From NCBI GenBank assembly GCA_002104905.1, contig MCFE01000057.1, positions 1 to 64,000 on the forward strand: a stretch of 64,000 bases of DNA, written 5' to 3'. The position numbers were made by a program, and so were the translations under genes. The notes beneath the pieces were generated by a model. It was not told the origin of the DNA. It did not search any database and saw only the letters and a list, made by a program, of their open reading frames with translations. This stretch comes from Basidiobolus meristosporus CBS 931.73 (lineage: Eukaryota; Fungi; Basidiobolomycota). Below are positions 36,025 to 47,000 of this stretch, piece after piece. Within the stretch, counting starts at the first letter, position 1; each line of letters begins with the position of its first letter.

Positions 36025-37747
36025 CTACGCCCTCAAGATCGATTCCAACATGTGGCTACTCTCGACCTTCTGGATATCCGACAGCTCCTTGAATAGATCG
36101 TTGCATTCGTTGAGCTCCGCGATGATTTCTTGCATATTCTTCCAGAGATTATGTATCGTTTGGGCCATTTCGGTGGTCTTGATGTGAGGGGGAGGTGTTG
36201 GGTGAGCGCAGCCATGGAAAATGTTCCCTCAAGCAACCTTACCTTGGTGATCTGCTCTTCGTGACCGTTTAGAATGGACTGCATCGCGGTGTCGCATGCT
36301 CGGATTTCTTGATACAAGAGGCCTAGAGGGACAGATGGGCTTCAGTAGTTCGCAAGAAAGGGCGCTCCCGATGAGACGTACCCATATCCTCCAGGAAAAC
36401 TCCGCTGACTGGCATGATCTCCGAGGTGGCCTGAGCCGCAGCCGCGAGTGACAGATAGTTCTCTTTGAAGTCTTCGACTCGAGAATTGATTTGATTGAGA
36501 AGGTTCATCTACCAAGGTTCACGGATGTTTAGCCAATGATCAGATGTGCACTGCGACCGGACCTACCTGAGTGGCGATGACTTTCTCCAGCTTCTCCTTG
36601 CTATCGAAGCTGTGTAGCATATCCTTAGACTGGTTGAGTTCGTACTTCAATCCAATGATGTGCGAGTAGACCGTCTTGAACTGTGCCTGAACAGCAGACT
36701 CACTTCAGTACAACGTGGCATATACCCAGCAGGCTACCTGTCCTTACCTCCACTTGATGCTTCTGCTCCTCGAAGGCTTGGGTGGCCTTTGCATTGATAA
36801 AGTTCCATTGGAGTAGTCGTGCTTGTAACACCTCGATCTCGGCCTCGTTGTCGTCAAAGCAGATCTCGGCAGCTTGGCTGGAGGAGACCACCGGGGTACG
36901 GCGAGTAGTCTGTGCCAGAAAGAGAGAGGGGGTTGTTGGGACTTGTATATCTAGAGGTGGAGAAGTTTTTCGAGATATTTACGTCAGGACTGGGCTCCGA
37001 AGCTTCTGGCTCAGCTTTGGCCGAGGCTGTGAATGCGGCTACAGTCAGTCACAATGCAATCAATCATGGGAGGCTTCTGCGTACCTGTGGTTCTCATCCT
37101 CGGGAGAGAAGGGGTCCTGTTGAAAGTTCCACCTGTAGTCAAAGGGGCTCCTGTCAGTCTATATACAGGATCGTCACTGTTTCTAGGGAAACCTACTTGG
37201 CTTCAGAGCAGCATCCGAAGCTTGTCGTGGTCTAAGCGAGGTGGAGCGAGTGACCGTAGCCGGGGGTTTCATGTCGACCTTCTTCTCCGGTTTCTTAGGG
37301 ATTGGGCAATCGCTGCTTGAAGGAGGGAGTCTTGGGGGGCGAGCAGGTTTGACAGTTTCCTTCTCTTTCTTGGGCAGAGATTTCAGTTGCGGGGTGGCGG
37401 TACTGGTAGCACCCTGCATAAATTTGGAGGAAACCACTTTCACCGCTACAAGTGAGAAGTCAATCAATGGACGAACGCAACAAGCGAAGATTATGGGGTA
37501 GGTTACGTTTCTTCTTTTTCAACCGAAGTGATGAGCTGGTGTCGGTGGAGGCAGTGGACACTTCAGAACATACCGAGTTGGTGGGGGAGGCGACGGGGGG
37601 CCGCTCGACTTTTTGAGTGAGTGGGTTGGAGCTTGGTTCGGTGCGATATATCTGACCTACAGGTGTTTGCAAACTAACTTCCGACCGCCTCTTATTTACA
37701 GTGGCCAGCGAGGCGGGGGGTGAGGGTGTCTGAAATGGATGCTGCAT
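36025..37747 (-). CDS. Putative augmin subunit HAUS8/QWRF-like protein, multi-exon
   Basis: Basic S/P-rich N-terminus with VVSSKFMQ, then EIEVLQARLLQWNFINAKA and a coiled-coil C-terminus. Exon structure inferred by eye. Confidence 0.6.
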
Positions 37748-38231
37748 TCTACTCTAAGTCTTCCGGTTTCCTGTTCGCTCAAGGAGGTGCTGGTGTGTCC
37801 GATCAGTGTTTTCCAGGAGGGTTGTTTATTTTGATCGAGTGCAGATTCTCCATCAAACATCCATCCTTAGGTGGTTTATCTTGACGCATAACTAAAGCGC
37901 AGCCGGCTAATTCGGCGCATAACTAAAACGTTCGTCCCACCTGACGGCCACTCTCACCTATCATTTGGGCATCGCCAATAGCCGGAGTGTAGGTTAATTT
38001 ATGTCATAAGCCAAATTCATTCAACACCGATATTAATAGCCATATTCATTTCGACGCTGAAGAAGCGATTGATCTTCATCAACAAAACCACCAACACGAC
38101 CGCGATTGTTTAATGAAGATTTGTGGGCGGGCTGCAGTACGTGTTCACAAATGGTGTTTGACCTTCGCCACTTGCCCCATGCATGAGCCATCTATAAAGC
38201 CCGCGACTCCGAGGCTAGCCAGGAAAAGAAA

Positions 38232-38855
38232 ATGCGGATCCAAATCGCAGCCGCTCTTTGCCTGGTCTCCTTCTGTTATGGCGACCTCTACCCAACCACG
38301 CCCGACGGGGACACGGTCTGGTCCGTCGGGTCGAAGGTGAAGATCGCCTGGCAGGACGGGGATGTCCCGCCGAGGCTTGCCTCTTTGAAGCCGTTCAAGA
38401 TCGAGCTGTGCACCGGAACGGATAAACAACAGGTGGCCCTGCAGACGATATCCAACTCCACCAAGAACTCCATTCTCGAGATAGAATACACCGTACCCGA
38501 CGTCACACCCTACGGGAAAATCTACTTCCTCAGGTTCACCGCCCCTAATCCCAACCGCACTGCTGATCCCTTTTACTTCTGGACCACCCGATTCACCATT
38601 ACCAATACCGACAATCCCGCCCCATCCCCATCCACCTATGGCACTGGCGCCTTGGCCACCTCGGCCACCTCGGCCCCTAATAAATCTCCTCGCCCTGAAC
38701 GTGCTTCCCCCGCCACCAGCAGCCAGCCCTCCATCACCCAGGCGGCCAGCGTGGCCGATGTAGAGGGCTCCACCACCCCCTCCGACGGAAGGAGACTCAC
38801 TCTATCCCTCATGATCCCAGCCTTCATTTTTATATTCTCGGCGTATCTAATCTGA
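38232..38855 (+). CDS. GPI-anchored Kre9/KNH-like domain protein (paralogue of 32138-33136)
   Basis: Signal peptide; LYPTTPDGDTVWSVG...YTVPDVTPYGKIYFLRFT...WTTRFTITNTD; hydrophobic C-terminus LTLSLMIPAFIFIFSAYLI. Confidence 0.9.
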   Translation: MRIQIAAALCLVSFCYGDLYPTTPDGDTVWSVGSKVKIAWQDGDVPPRLASLKPFKIELCTGTDKQQVALQTISNSTKNSILEIEYTVPDVTPYGKIYFLRFTAPNPNRTADPFYFWTTRFTITNTDNPAPSPSTYGTGALATSATSAPNKSPRPERASPATSSQPSITQAASVADVEGSTTPSDGRRLTLSLMIPAFIFIFSAYLI

Positions 38856-38941
38856 TCCTGTTGTAATGTAAACCCAATAAATATCGCTTTATTCTGTCCT
38901 GGTCGACCCACGAAACCCAGTCAACATCGCTGTATTATGTC

Positions 38942-39961
38942 CTAGTCGACCCACTTGTCCGGGTTCATGTTCTTCCTGGAGACCATCGCCTCCACCTCGT
39001 ATTTCATGTCGTCGCAGAACTCGTCCACTTTCAGGTCGTTCTCGTCCTGGCCGAAGGGGTTCTCGATCTCTGAGCTGATCTGCTCGATCCCGAAGAACGT
39101 GAACGAAGCGACTGCCATCACTGGGACCGCCCAGTAGCCCAGCTGGTCGATCAATGTGGGTGGTAGGGCCAGGCAGTAGAGGGTGATAATCTGCTTCAGG
39201 TGCATGTGGTAGGACAGCGGTATCGGTGTGGTCAGGATGCGCTCCAGGTTGGTGAATATCTCGATCCAGGTGTTGACGTAGTTCACCAGAACATTGAACT
39301 GTCCCGCATCCAGGAGCCGCTGTCGTTTGAGGTGCTCCAGATAGGTGTCCAGCATCTGAGCGATCCTCAGCGGGCCGTTCTCCTCCCAGCTAGGGTGCTC
39401 CTGCTGTCGCAGCGACTCTACGAATTTCTTGGGTAGCGCCTTATGCACTTCCGCCATCTCCAGCCCCTCCTCCTCCCGAAGCTGGTACTTGACCGCCAGC
39501 ATGTAGGCCACCGCCAACCGTAGCAGGACAATCTTGTGTTTGTGTACAGCCGACCGCTCTGGTCCCTTTGCCTCCGCCTCCGGCTGTACATGGACCCACA
39601 CGTAGCGGGTGAAGTTTCGGACGCTCAGGCTCAGGTTGCACCAGAGTTTTCTCCCCTCGGAGTATTTGTCGTAGGCGTTGTTCATACGAAAGGCCAGCAG
39701 CAGGCCTGTTACGGAAGATAAAACCGAGGTGACGCTGTTGCTGAAGGTGGGCAGCAGTCTACGCTTACCATACCCCGAGGCCAGCAGCACAGTGTACAGG
39801 ACGTAAAAACTGACGTGCTTGGAGATGGTCTGCAACGCAGTTCCTTTGTAGGTGAACACGTCTGGGGTCTCTCGACTCAGTACCCGACGGATCTTGCGTA
39901 CCGACGTGGAGTCGAGCAAACCCAAGGTTTCCAAAGATTCAAACGGTTCGAAAGTCGACAT
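38942..39961 (-). CDS. Bestrophin-like (UPF0187/YneE-type) channel protein, intronless
   Basis: LLLAFRMNNAYDKYSEGRKLW, ERILTTPIPLSY, GIEQISSEIENPFGQDENDL. Likely start MSTFEPF at 39961. Confidence 0.9.
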   Translation of the reverse strand: MSTFEPFESLETLGLLDSTSVRKIRRVLSRETPDVFTYKGTALQTISKHVSFYVLYTVLLASGYGKRRLLPTFSNSVTSVLSSVTGLLLAFRMNNAYDKYSEGRKLWCNLSLSVRNFTRYVWVHVQPEAEAKGPERSAVHKHKIVLLRLAVAYMLAVKYQLREEEGLEMAEVHKALPKKFVESLRQQEHPSWEENGPLRIAQMLDTYLEHLKRQRLLDAGQFNVLVNYVNTWIEIFTNLERILTTPIPLSYHMHLKQIITLYCLALPPTLIDQLGYWAVPVMAVASFTFFGIEQISSEIENPFGQDENDLKVDEFCDDMKYEVEAMVSRKNMNPDKWVD

Positions 39962-40287
39962 ATTCTCAACGAGTATGTGTATATGTGGACGCGTGTGGGG
40001 TGTGTGGGTGTGGGTGTGAATGAGGGGTAGGGGGAACAAAGAGGATGGTGGAATAATATGGTGTACGCCACCGGGAGGAACTCTGCGTTTTATCATCGCA
40101 GAAATTCGAGGTCAGTCCTTCGCAAACGTTTCCCATATGGAGCTGACCACTCACTGACGGAAGGAGAAATCGACGTAGCCATGACCTCATTTTGGGATCC
40201 AGCAGATGAAATCCCTCTCGGTTAATGGCTCCATCTCAATTCCATCACCCGCCTGAGCTTGATGATCACCAAAGGGCGTGTACAAAG

Positions 40288-40823
40288 CATGTTCTGGGTA
40301 CCTGATATTTTGGTGCAAATATTCCAAGTAAATCCCGACAAGGAATTTGATCAGTATTCTCTAAGATTTGTAGGTAATGAACTAAGTGACTAAGTTAGGT
40401 GAATATTTAGGTGGAATTCCAAATTCTTACAACACTCCCACTCAACTATATGTTCATACTGACTAGTCCTAGTTTTGACCTAAGATATTCTCAGTGGTTG
40501 TTTGAGACCATGCAGAGGTTTTTTAAGCTTGTAGACCAAATGGGGATTACCTTGGTCAACAAACCCATCAGGCTGGTCCATGTTCACATTGTCATTGGGT
40601 TTCCATTCAAAAATTCAGTATTTACATCAATTTGATGGATAAAAAGCTTACATTTGGCTACAATAGTCAATACTAGTCTAATGGGATTAAACTGTGCTAC
40701 CAGTGCAAAGGCTCTGGTGTATTCCACAAGTGTCCATTGGCCACAAGTCTTACAATTGTCCCATCTGTTAAAAAAATTTATAATTCCACTTGAACATTCC
40801 CCTAACTTAATCACCTAAATCAC
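40288..40823 (-). mobile_element. Truncated copia LTR (40288-40434), PPT and scrambled RNase H/RT fragments
   Basis: Matches the family LTR and the PPT CTCCCACTC, followed by short pol pieces joined by deletions. Confidence 0.8.
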
Positions 40824-43771
40824 TGTTGTGAAAATTTGTATTTACACCTAGATATTCACCTGACTTAGTCACTTAGATCATTACCTTCAAATCCTAGAGA
40901 ATACTGACCAAATTCCTTGTTGGGATTTACTTAGAATATTTACCCAGAACATGAAAATTAGATAAGTTGTCCAAACAGCCCCAAACTTTGCACACATGTT
41001 CTTGGGACCTTCCTTAACCTATTCTACGTGTTTGTAATGCCAAGACCATGTAAAAGTATAAATACTACTTTTATATTCAATAAATCATTAAGTGAAAGCC
41101 ACATAATCTACTTGTCCTCCCAATCACTTACAATAGCTCCAAGACTCTTACAACAGGTTATGAGCCCCAAGCTGTCACTCTCTGCAATGTCTACTACTGC
41201 TATTACTGAATTTTTCCCTCTGCTGAAAAGTTGGATTGATCTAACTACCAAGTATGGAAGGTGAAGATGAAGATGCTGCTACAAGAAAGAGGCCTTTGGG
41301 ATATTGTCATGGGAGAAGAATGCCCTCCTAAAAACGTGGGAGAGGAAGCCTTAAAGTACCAGAAGAAAGAACAAAGTGCCTTTAACTGCATTTGCCTTAA
41401 TGTCAAGGACAAATTGCTAATTCAATGCTCAAGAGCAAAAATGGCAAAGAATGCCTGCAAGGCATTAGAAGACACCTACCAGTCATGTTCAGCTGCCAAG
41501 AAAATATATCTGAAACGAAAATTCTTTACTACAAAGATGCTGCCAGGAGAAGAAATGAAAAATCTAATTGACAGAATTACCCTGCTGGTAGATGAGATGG
41601 AATCTGTGGGCGTACCAACTACTGATGAGAATGTGATAGTTACCATCCTGAATAGCCTAACAGACAAGTTTCAGGGCATTGTATCAGCCCCAGAGTCCAG
41701 AACTGAAGATTTGACCTTGAATTACATATATGCAAGGCTCCTGGATGAAGAATTAAGAAAACCAAGTGCCAATAAGAAGGAAGAAGAAAATGCTTTAATA
41801 AGCAATGATAACCAACAAAACAGGTACCCAAGACCCTACAAAGACAACAGCAACCTGTTTTGCAACTACTGTAAAAGGAAAGGACAGACATCAGACAGGT
41901 GCTTCAAAAAGAGAGATAGTCAGCAGAAAGAACCTGAATATGGAAATGCTGCAACAACTGAAGATAGACTATTCATATCTGCACTAAATATGACCGCAAA
42001 CAAGGATCCTCAGACATGGTATATTGACTCTGGAGCATCTTAACACTTTACACACCAAAAAGAACTTTTTACCTAACTTTGAGAAATTCCAATTAAAAAG
42101 GTCTTCATGGGTGACAATAGAACACTTGATGCAGGGGGAGAAGGAACTATCCAAGTAAACTTTAGAAGCAGTGAAGGAAGCAATACACTGACTTTTAAAG
42201 AAGTACTCTATGTACCAGAAATAGCCAAGAACTCACTATCTGTAAACAAGGCCACATCACAAGGACTCAGTTTCAGCTTTGACAATTCTGGATGCAAGAT
42301 CACTGACCAAAATGGTGCCCATATTGCTTTGGGTATCAGAGATCAGAATCTCTACAAGTTTACTTATATTCCATCATATTTGGAAGCCAATATAAGTAAC
42401 TCAAATGAAGAAACACCAATGCTTTGGCACAGGAGATTTGGGCACATCAATTTTGATTATTTAGGCAAAATGATCAAAGATCAGCTAATTTCCGGAGTAA
42501 AAATTGATCCCCCAGCTAGTTTGGAGCACTGTTAAGCCTGCATATATGGGAAACAATCCAGACAACCATTCAAGAGCTCTGGGTTAATCAAAACTAAGTA
42601 AAAATTAGATCTAATTCACTCAGATCTGTGTGGACCTATACAAAATTTATCCTTAGGCAGGATGAAGTATTTTAACTCTTTTATTGATGAATATGCAAGA
42701 TACACAAGAATTTACTTCATGGAGAGAAAGGAAGAAGCTCTGTCTAAGTTCTGGGAGTTCAAAGCCATGGTGGAGAGAGAAACTGGTGAAAAAATCAAGA
42801 AAATATGCTCTGACAATGGTGAAGGATACACCTCAAAACTCTTCATCCACTTCTACACAATTCATGATATAAAGCAAGAGACTACTGTATCATACTCCCC
42901 ACAGTAAACTGGAGTAGCAGAATGTGCTAACAGATCAATAATTGATAAGGCAAGATCTATGATCCACAATCAAGAATTATCCAACAATTTTTGGGTGGAA
43001 TCAGTTACCACTGCAATATACCTTAGAAATAGAAGTTATAACAGAATACCTTGTGACTCTACTCCTTTAGAAGCATGGTATGGGTACAGACCAAGTGCAA
43101 AACATCTAAGAATATTTGAGTGTACAGCATATGCCAAGAAACTGCCCAGAAATCAGCCAAAATTTGAGCCAAAAAGTGTAAAATGCATATTGTTGAGCTA
43201 CTGCAATGAGAGTAAGGCATGCAGACTCTACAAAATCAAAGCAAAGAAGCTGATCAAGTCCAGGGATTTGTTGTTTGATCAAAATTCAAAATTTTCACAG
43301 AAAATGACATCAGATGATGACAAAAATTTGATCTCAAGTCCACCAATAGTCAGGATTGAATCAGAGTAAAACAATGACAACTTTCTCACTCCAGAGGACT
43401 CTAAAATTGTGATTCAGCCAGAATCAGTGCCCAGGAATATTCCAGAAGTGATCATTCAGTATTAAATGCCAGGAGATCCAATTGGACAAGAAATAGCCCA
43501 AATTACTATATCAATGAGGGTACAAACTTAGCCAGTGCCTATTCAGTATATATTGATAAACCCCACACTGTAAAAGAGGCCCTAAATAGCCCTCCAACAA
43601 AGTTTTGGAGATCTGCAATGACTGATGAATATCAGGCCCTGATAAAAGATCAAACTTGGGACCATGTAAAAGTATAAATACTACTCTTATAATCAATAAA
43701 TCATCAAGTGAAAGCCACATAGTCTCCCTGTCCTCCCAATCACTTCTAATATCTCCAAGACTCTTACAACA
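40824..43771 (+). mobile_element. Internally deleted copia element B with a 5-bp TSD (ATCAC)
   Basis: 5' LTR 40824-41155, PBS 41156-41168, degenerate gag-PR-IN. The RT start is fused to the inner 3' LTR at ~43660. ATCAC occurs at 40819-40823 and 43772-43776. Inserted in an older LTR. Confidence 0.92.
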
Positions 43772-43776
43772 ATCAC

Positions 43777-44009
43777 ACCTACAACCCTTCATTAATAACT
43801 GACCAAATTCCTTGTTGGGATGTACTTATATACTTTCACCAAAATATCAGGTACCCAGTACATGAGAACTCTCCTAGTTTCCAAACAGCCTCAAGCTTTG
43901 CACACAGGTTTTTGGAGCCTTTCTAAACTTCTTCTATGTGTTTTTTATGCCACTACTAAGTAAAAATATAAATACTGCTCTTATATTCAATAAATCCCCA
44001 AGTGAAAAC
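43777..44009 (+). repeat. Remainder of an older, diverged copia LTR hosting element B
   Basis: Continues the LTR-like sequence interrupted at 40823 and is itself cut by another LTR at 44010. Confidence 0.7.
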
Positions 44010-47000
44010 TGTTATAAGAGTCATGGAGATATTATAAGTGATTGGGAGGGCAAGTAGCTCAAGTAGTTTTCACTCAATGATCTATTGAATATAAAAGTAG
44101 TGTTAATTCTTTTACATGGTCTTGGAATTACAAACATGTAGAATAGGCTAAGGAAGGTCCCAAGAACATGTGTGCAAAGTTTGAGGCTGTTTGGACAACT
44201 TTGAGAGTTTTTAATGTTTTGGGTACCTGATGTTTTGGTGAAAATATTCAAGTAAATCCCAACAAGGAATTTGGTCAGTATTCCCTAGGATTTGAAGGTA
44301 ATGATCTAAGTGACTAAATTAGGTCAATACTTAGGTGGAACTACAAATCTTTGCAATACTCTCACTCAGCCAAATGCTCATACTGACTAGTCCTAATTTT
44401 GACCTAAGATACTCAAACTTGTCTCTAGCTAATGGTTTAGTATATATGTCTGCAATCATTTCATCTGCAGAACAGTAAGCTAGGTTAACTAAGTAATTCT
44501 CTATAGCTTCACATATGAAATGATGCTAAACATCTATGTGCTTAGATCTAGCATGAAAAGTTGGATTTCTACCTAGTTGTAGACATCCATGATTATCTTG
44601 AAATAAAGCAATAGAAGCTTGTTGACATCAACCCAAATCTGTAAGAAGCTTTCTTAACCACATTGCTTCTTTTGTAGCTTCACAGGCTGTAATATACTCT
44701 GCCTCTGTGGTGGAAAATGCTACAGTTGGTTGCTTTTATGAATTCCAAGAAATTACTCCTTGATGGTAAAGAAAGGTGTATCCTGTGGTGGATCTTCTGT
44801 CTTGTAATTTTGTCCCCAATCAGCATCAGAGTATCCCACAAGATCCTGTTCTGAATCCTTATAAGTGTATCTTAAGCCAATATCCACAGTTCCTTTCAAG
44901 TGTCTAAAAGTCTGCTTAACTGCTACAATATAATCAGATCCATAGTTCTGATTAAGCCGGTGTGGTGGTGTATAAGTCCAAGGGAGAGATACGTCCAACA
45001 CTTCTCAAGTGTTTTGTGTGTGGGGTGTTCACTGGGTGCAATAACCTCTGGCAAAAGCTTGCTAGGAATACTTGGGTTCTGTCTCTAATCTAATGTGAAG
45101 GGGTATAAAGCCACAAGCTTGTCAAGGGAAAACTATTGAGCTACAATCCCCAACTTAGTTGGCGTCTTAACAAAAGTATGTGCTGGGTTCAGCGTCCTTT
45201 GAGATGACAATGTACTAAAGCTTCCAAAGTCAAAACAACTGTAAACTCCACCAGCAGGGACTTGATAAGAATGCAGCTTTGGTCAATAGTTACAAAGACA
45301 GAAAAGTATCTTTGCCTGTACAAGAACAAACTTGGGAAAGAATCAAATATAATAAAAGATACCTACTCTGAGTATTCCTCACAAGTAGTGCCTCCAAGGT
45401 CAGTTGGCTGTCAGCGCGGTTTCCTGGGGGTGTCCTGTGGTCTAGGGTTGGAAGTTCAGGTAGCAGCAGGTAGCAGTGATCACACTAATCAACAAGTTGG
45501 TATATTGATAAAAGGGATGATGATTTATTGTTGAGGGATAGCCTCCCTTATATACTTTTCTCACTGGCTAAGTGATTACTAATCATGGTGTTCCAGAAGG
45601 TTCCAGAGATCAATAGAAATCTTAATGACATCAGAATGACCTAAGAATGTTCCAAGTAGGTGCCGGAAGGTTCTAAGAGGCACAGCACATCCAACCAATC
45701 AGGAATCAGTATTCTGAAACCTGTGTAACATGGGGATACCATATATGGTATGGAAATGGTAGGGATGGTGACACGGGCTGATCATGTGTCACGGGTACTG
45801 GCGCGGGTACTTGCCTAATATAGAAGTACTTATAGCTAGTAATCTTACATAAAGTGAGGGGTAACTTATGCAATAAGGTAAGCAGGTGTGATAGTCAACC
45901 GGCTTATGGGATAGTACTGATTGGGTAAGACAAATGGGATAAAACTAAAATAAGTGTAGTAGAGATATAGGGAAGTAGAAAATAAGGGAATGAGCACATC
46001 TGTCAGTGGGTGTCACTGTCACCTCACTACACCGGCTGACAATTCCTATTGCATATGAGATATATGGCCATGTTCCAAGCATAACACACATCAGACTGCC
46101 AGTTGTAGATTGATAAGGAGAGTCAGGGCTCTCAGATGGCACCAAGCTCTCTTAAATTGGTTGAGTCATTACTAGGTTAAGGTTTGTCTCCATTGGGGTA
46201 GCTGCTGGTTTACAGTCTTCCATCTGGTACTTCTTTAGTGTATCTTGAATATACTTGGATTGGCTGAGGGTAATAGTCTGGGTACTTCTGTCTATGGAGG
46301 TCTTAATCCCTAAGTAGTAACTGAGTACTCATAGATTGCACATCTTTAACTCTTTAGATAGACTGGATTTAGTCTCTTCCAATGTTGCTAGGTTATTGGC
46401 AGCTTTAATAAGATCATCCACATATAGAGCTAATAGAACTGGATTGGCTTTATCTGGCTTACAGTAGATACTATAGTCAGCATTACTCCTTTTGAAACTC
46501 AAAGATTCCAAATAAGAATCTATCTTGCAAGCTTCCAGCTCTTTGGTGATTGTTTGAGACCATATAGTGACTTATTAAGCTTGCAGACCAAATGGGGGTT
46601 ATCTTGGTCAACAAACCCATCAGGCTGGTCCAAATACATGTCCTCCTCAATTCTCCATTCAAAAATGCAGTTTTTACATCCATTTAATGAATAAAAAACT
46701 TATATTTGGCTGCAATAGCCAATATCAATCTGATGGAATTAAACTTGGCTACCAGTGCAAAGGTCTCAGTATAGTCAAGTCCTTTTGTCACAGAGTATCC
46801 TTTGGCCACAAATCTTGCTTTGTGTCTTTCAATTGTTCCATCATCCTTGTATCTTGTCTTAAAGACCCATCTGCATCCAATTGATTTTTGATTGATTGGC
46901 AACTTGACTAAGTACCAAGTTTGATTTTCCATCCAGGGCCTGATTTTCCTCAGTCTTTGCAGATCTCCAAAACCTTGTCTGAGGGCTACTTAGGGCCTCT

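Noticed and set aside
38942-40096. His/Pro-rich N-terminal extension of the bestrophin ORF
   Set aside because: Derived from a CA-rich low-complexity leader; the ATG at 39961 is the more plausible start.
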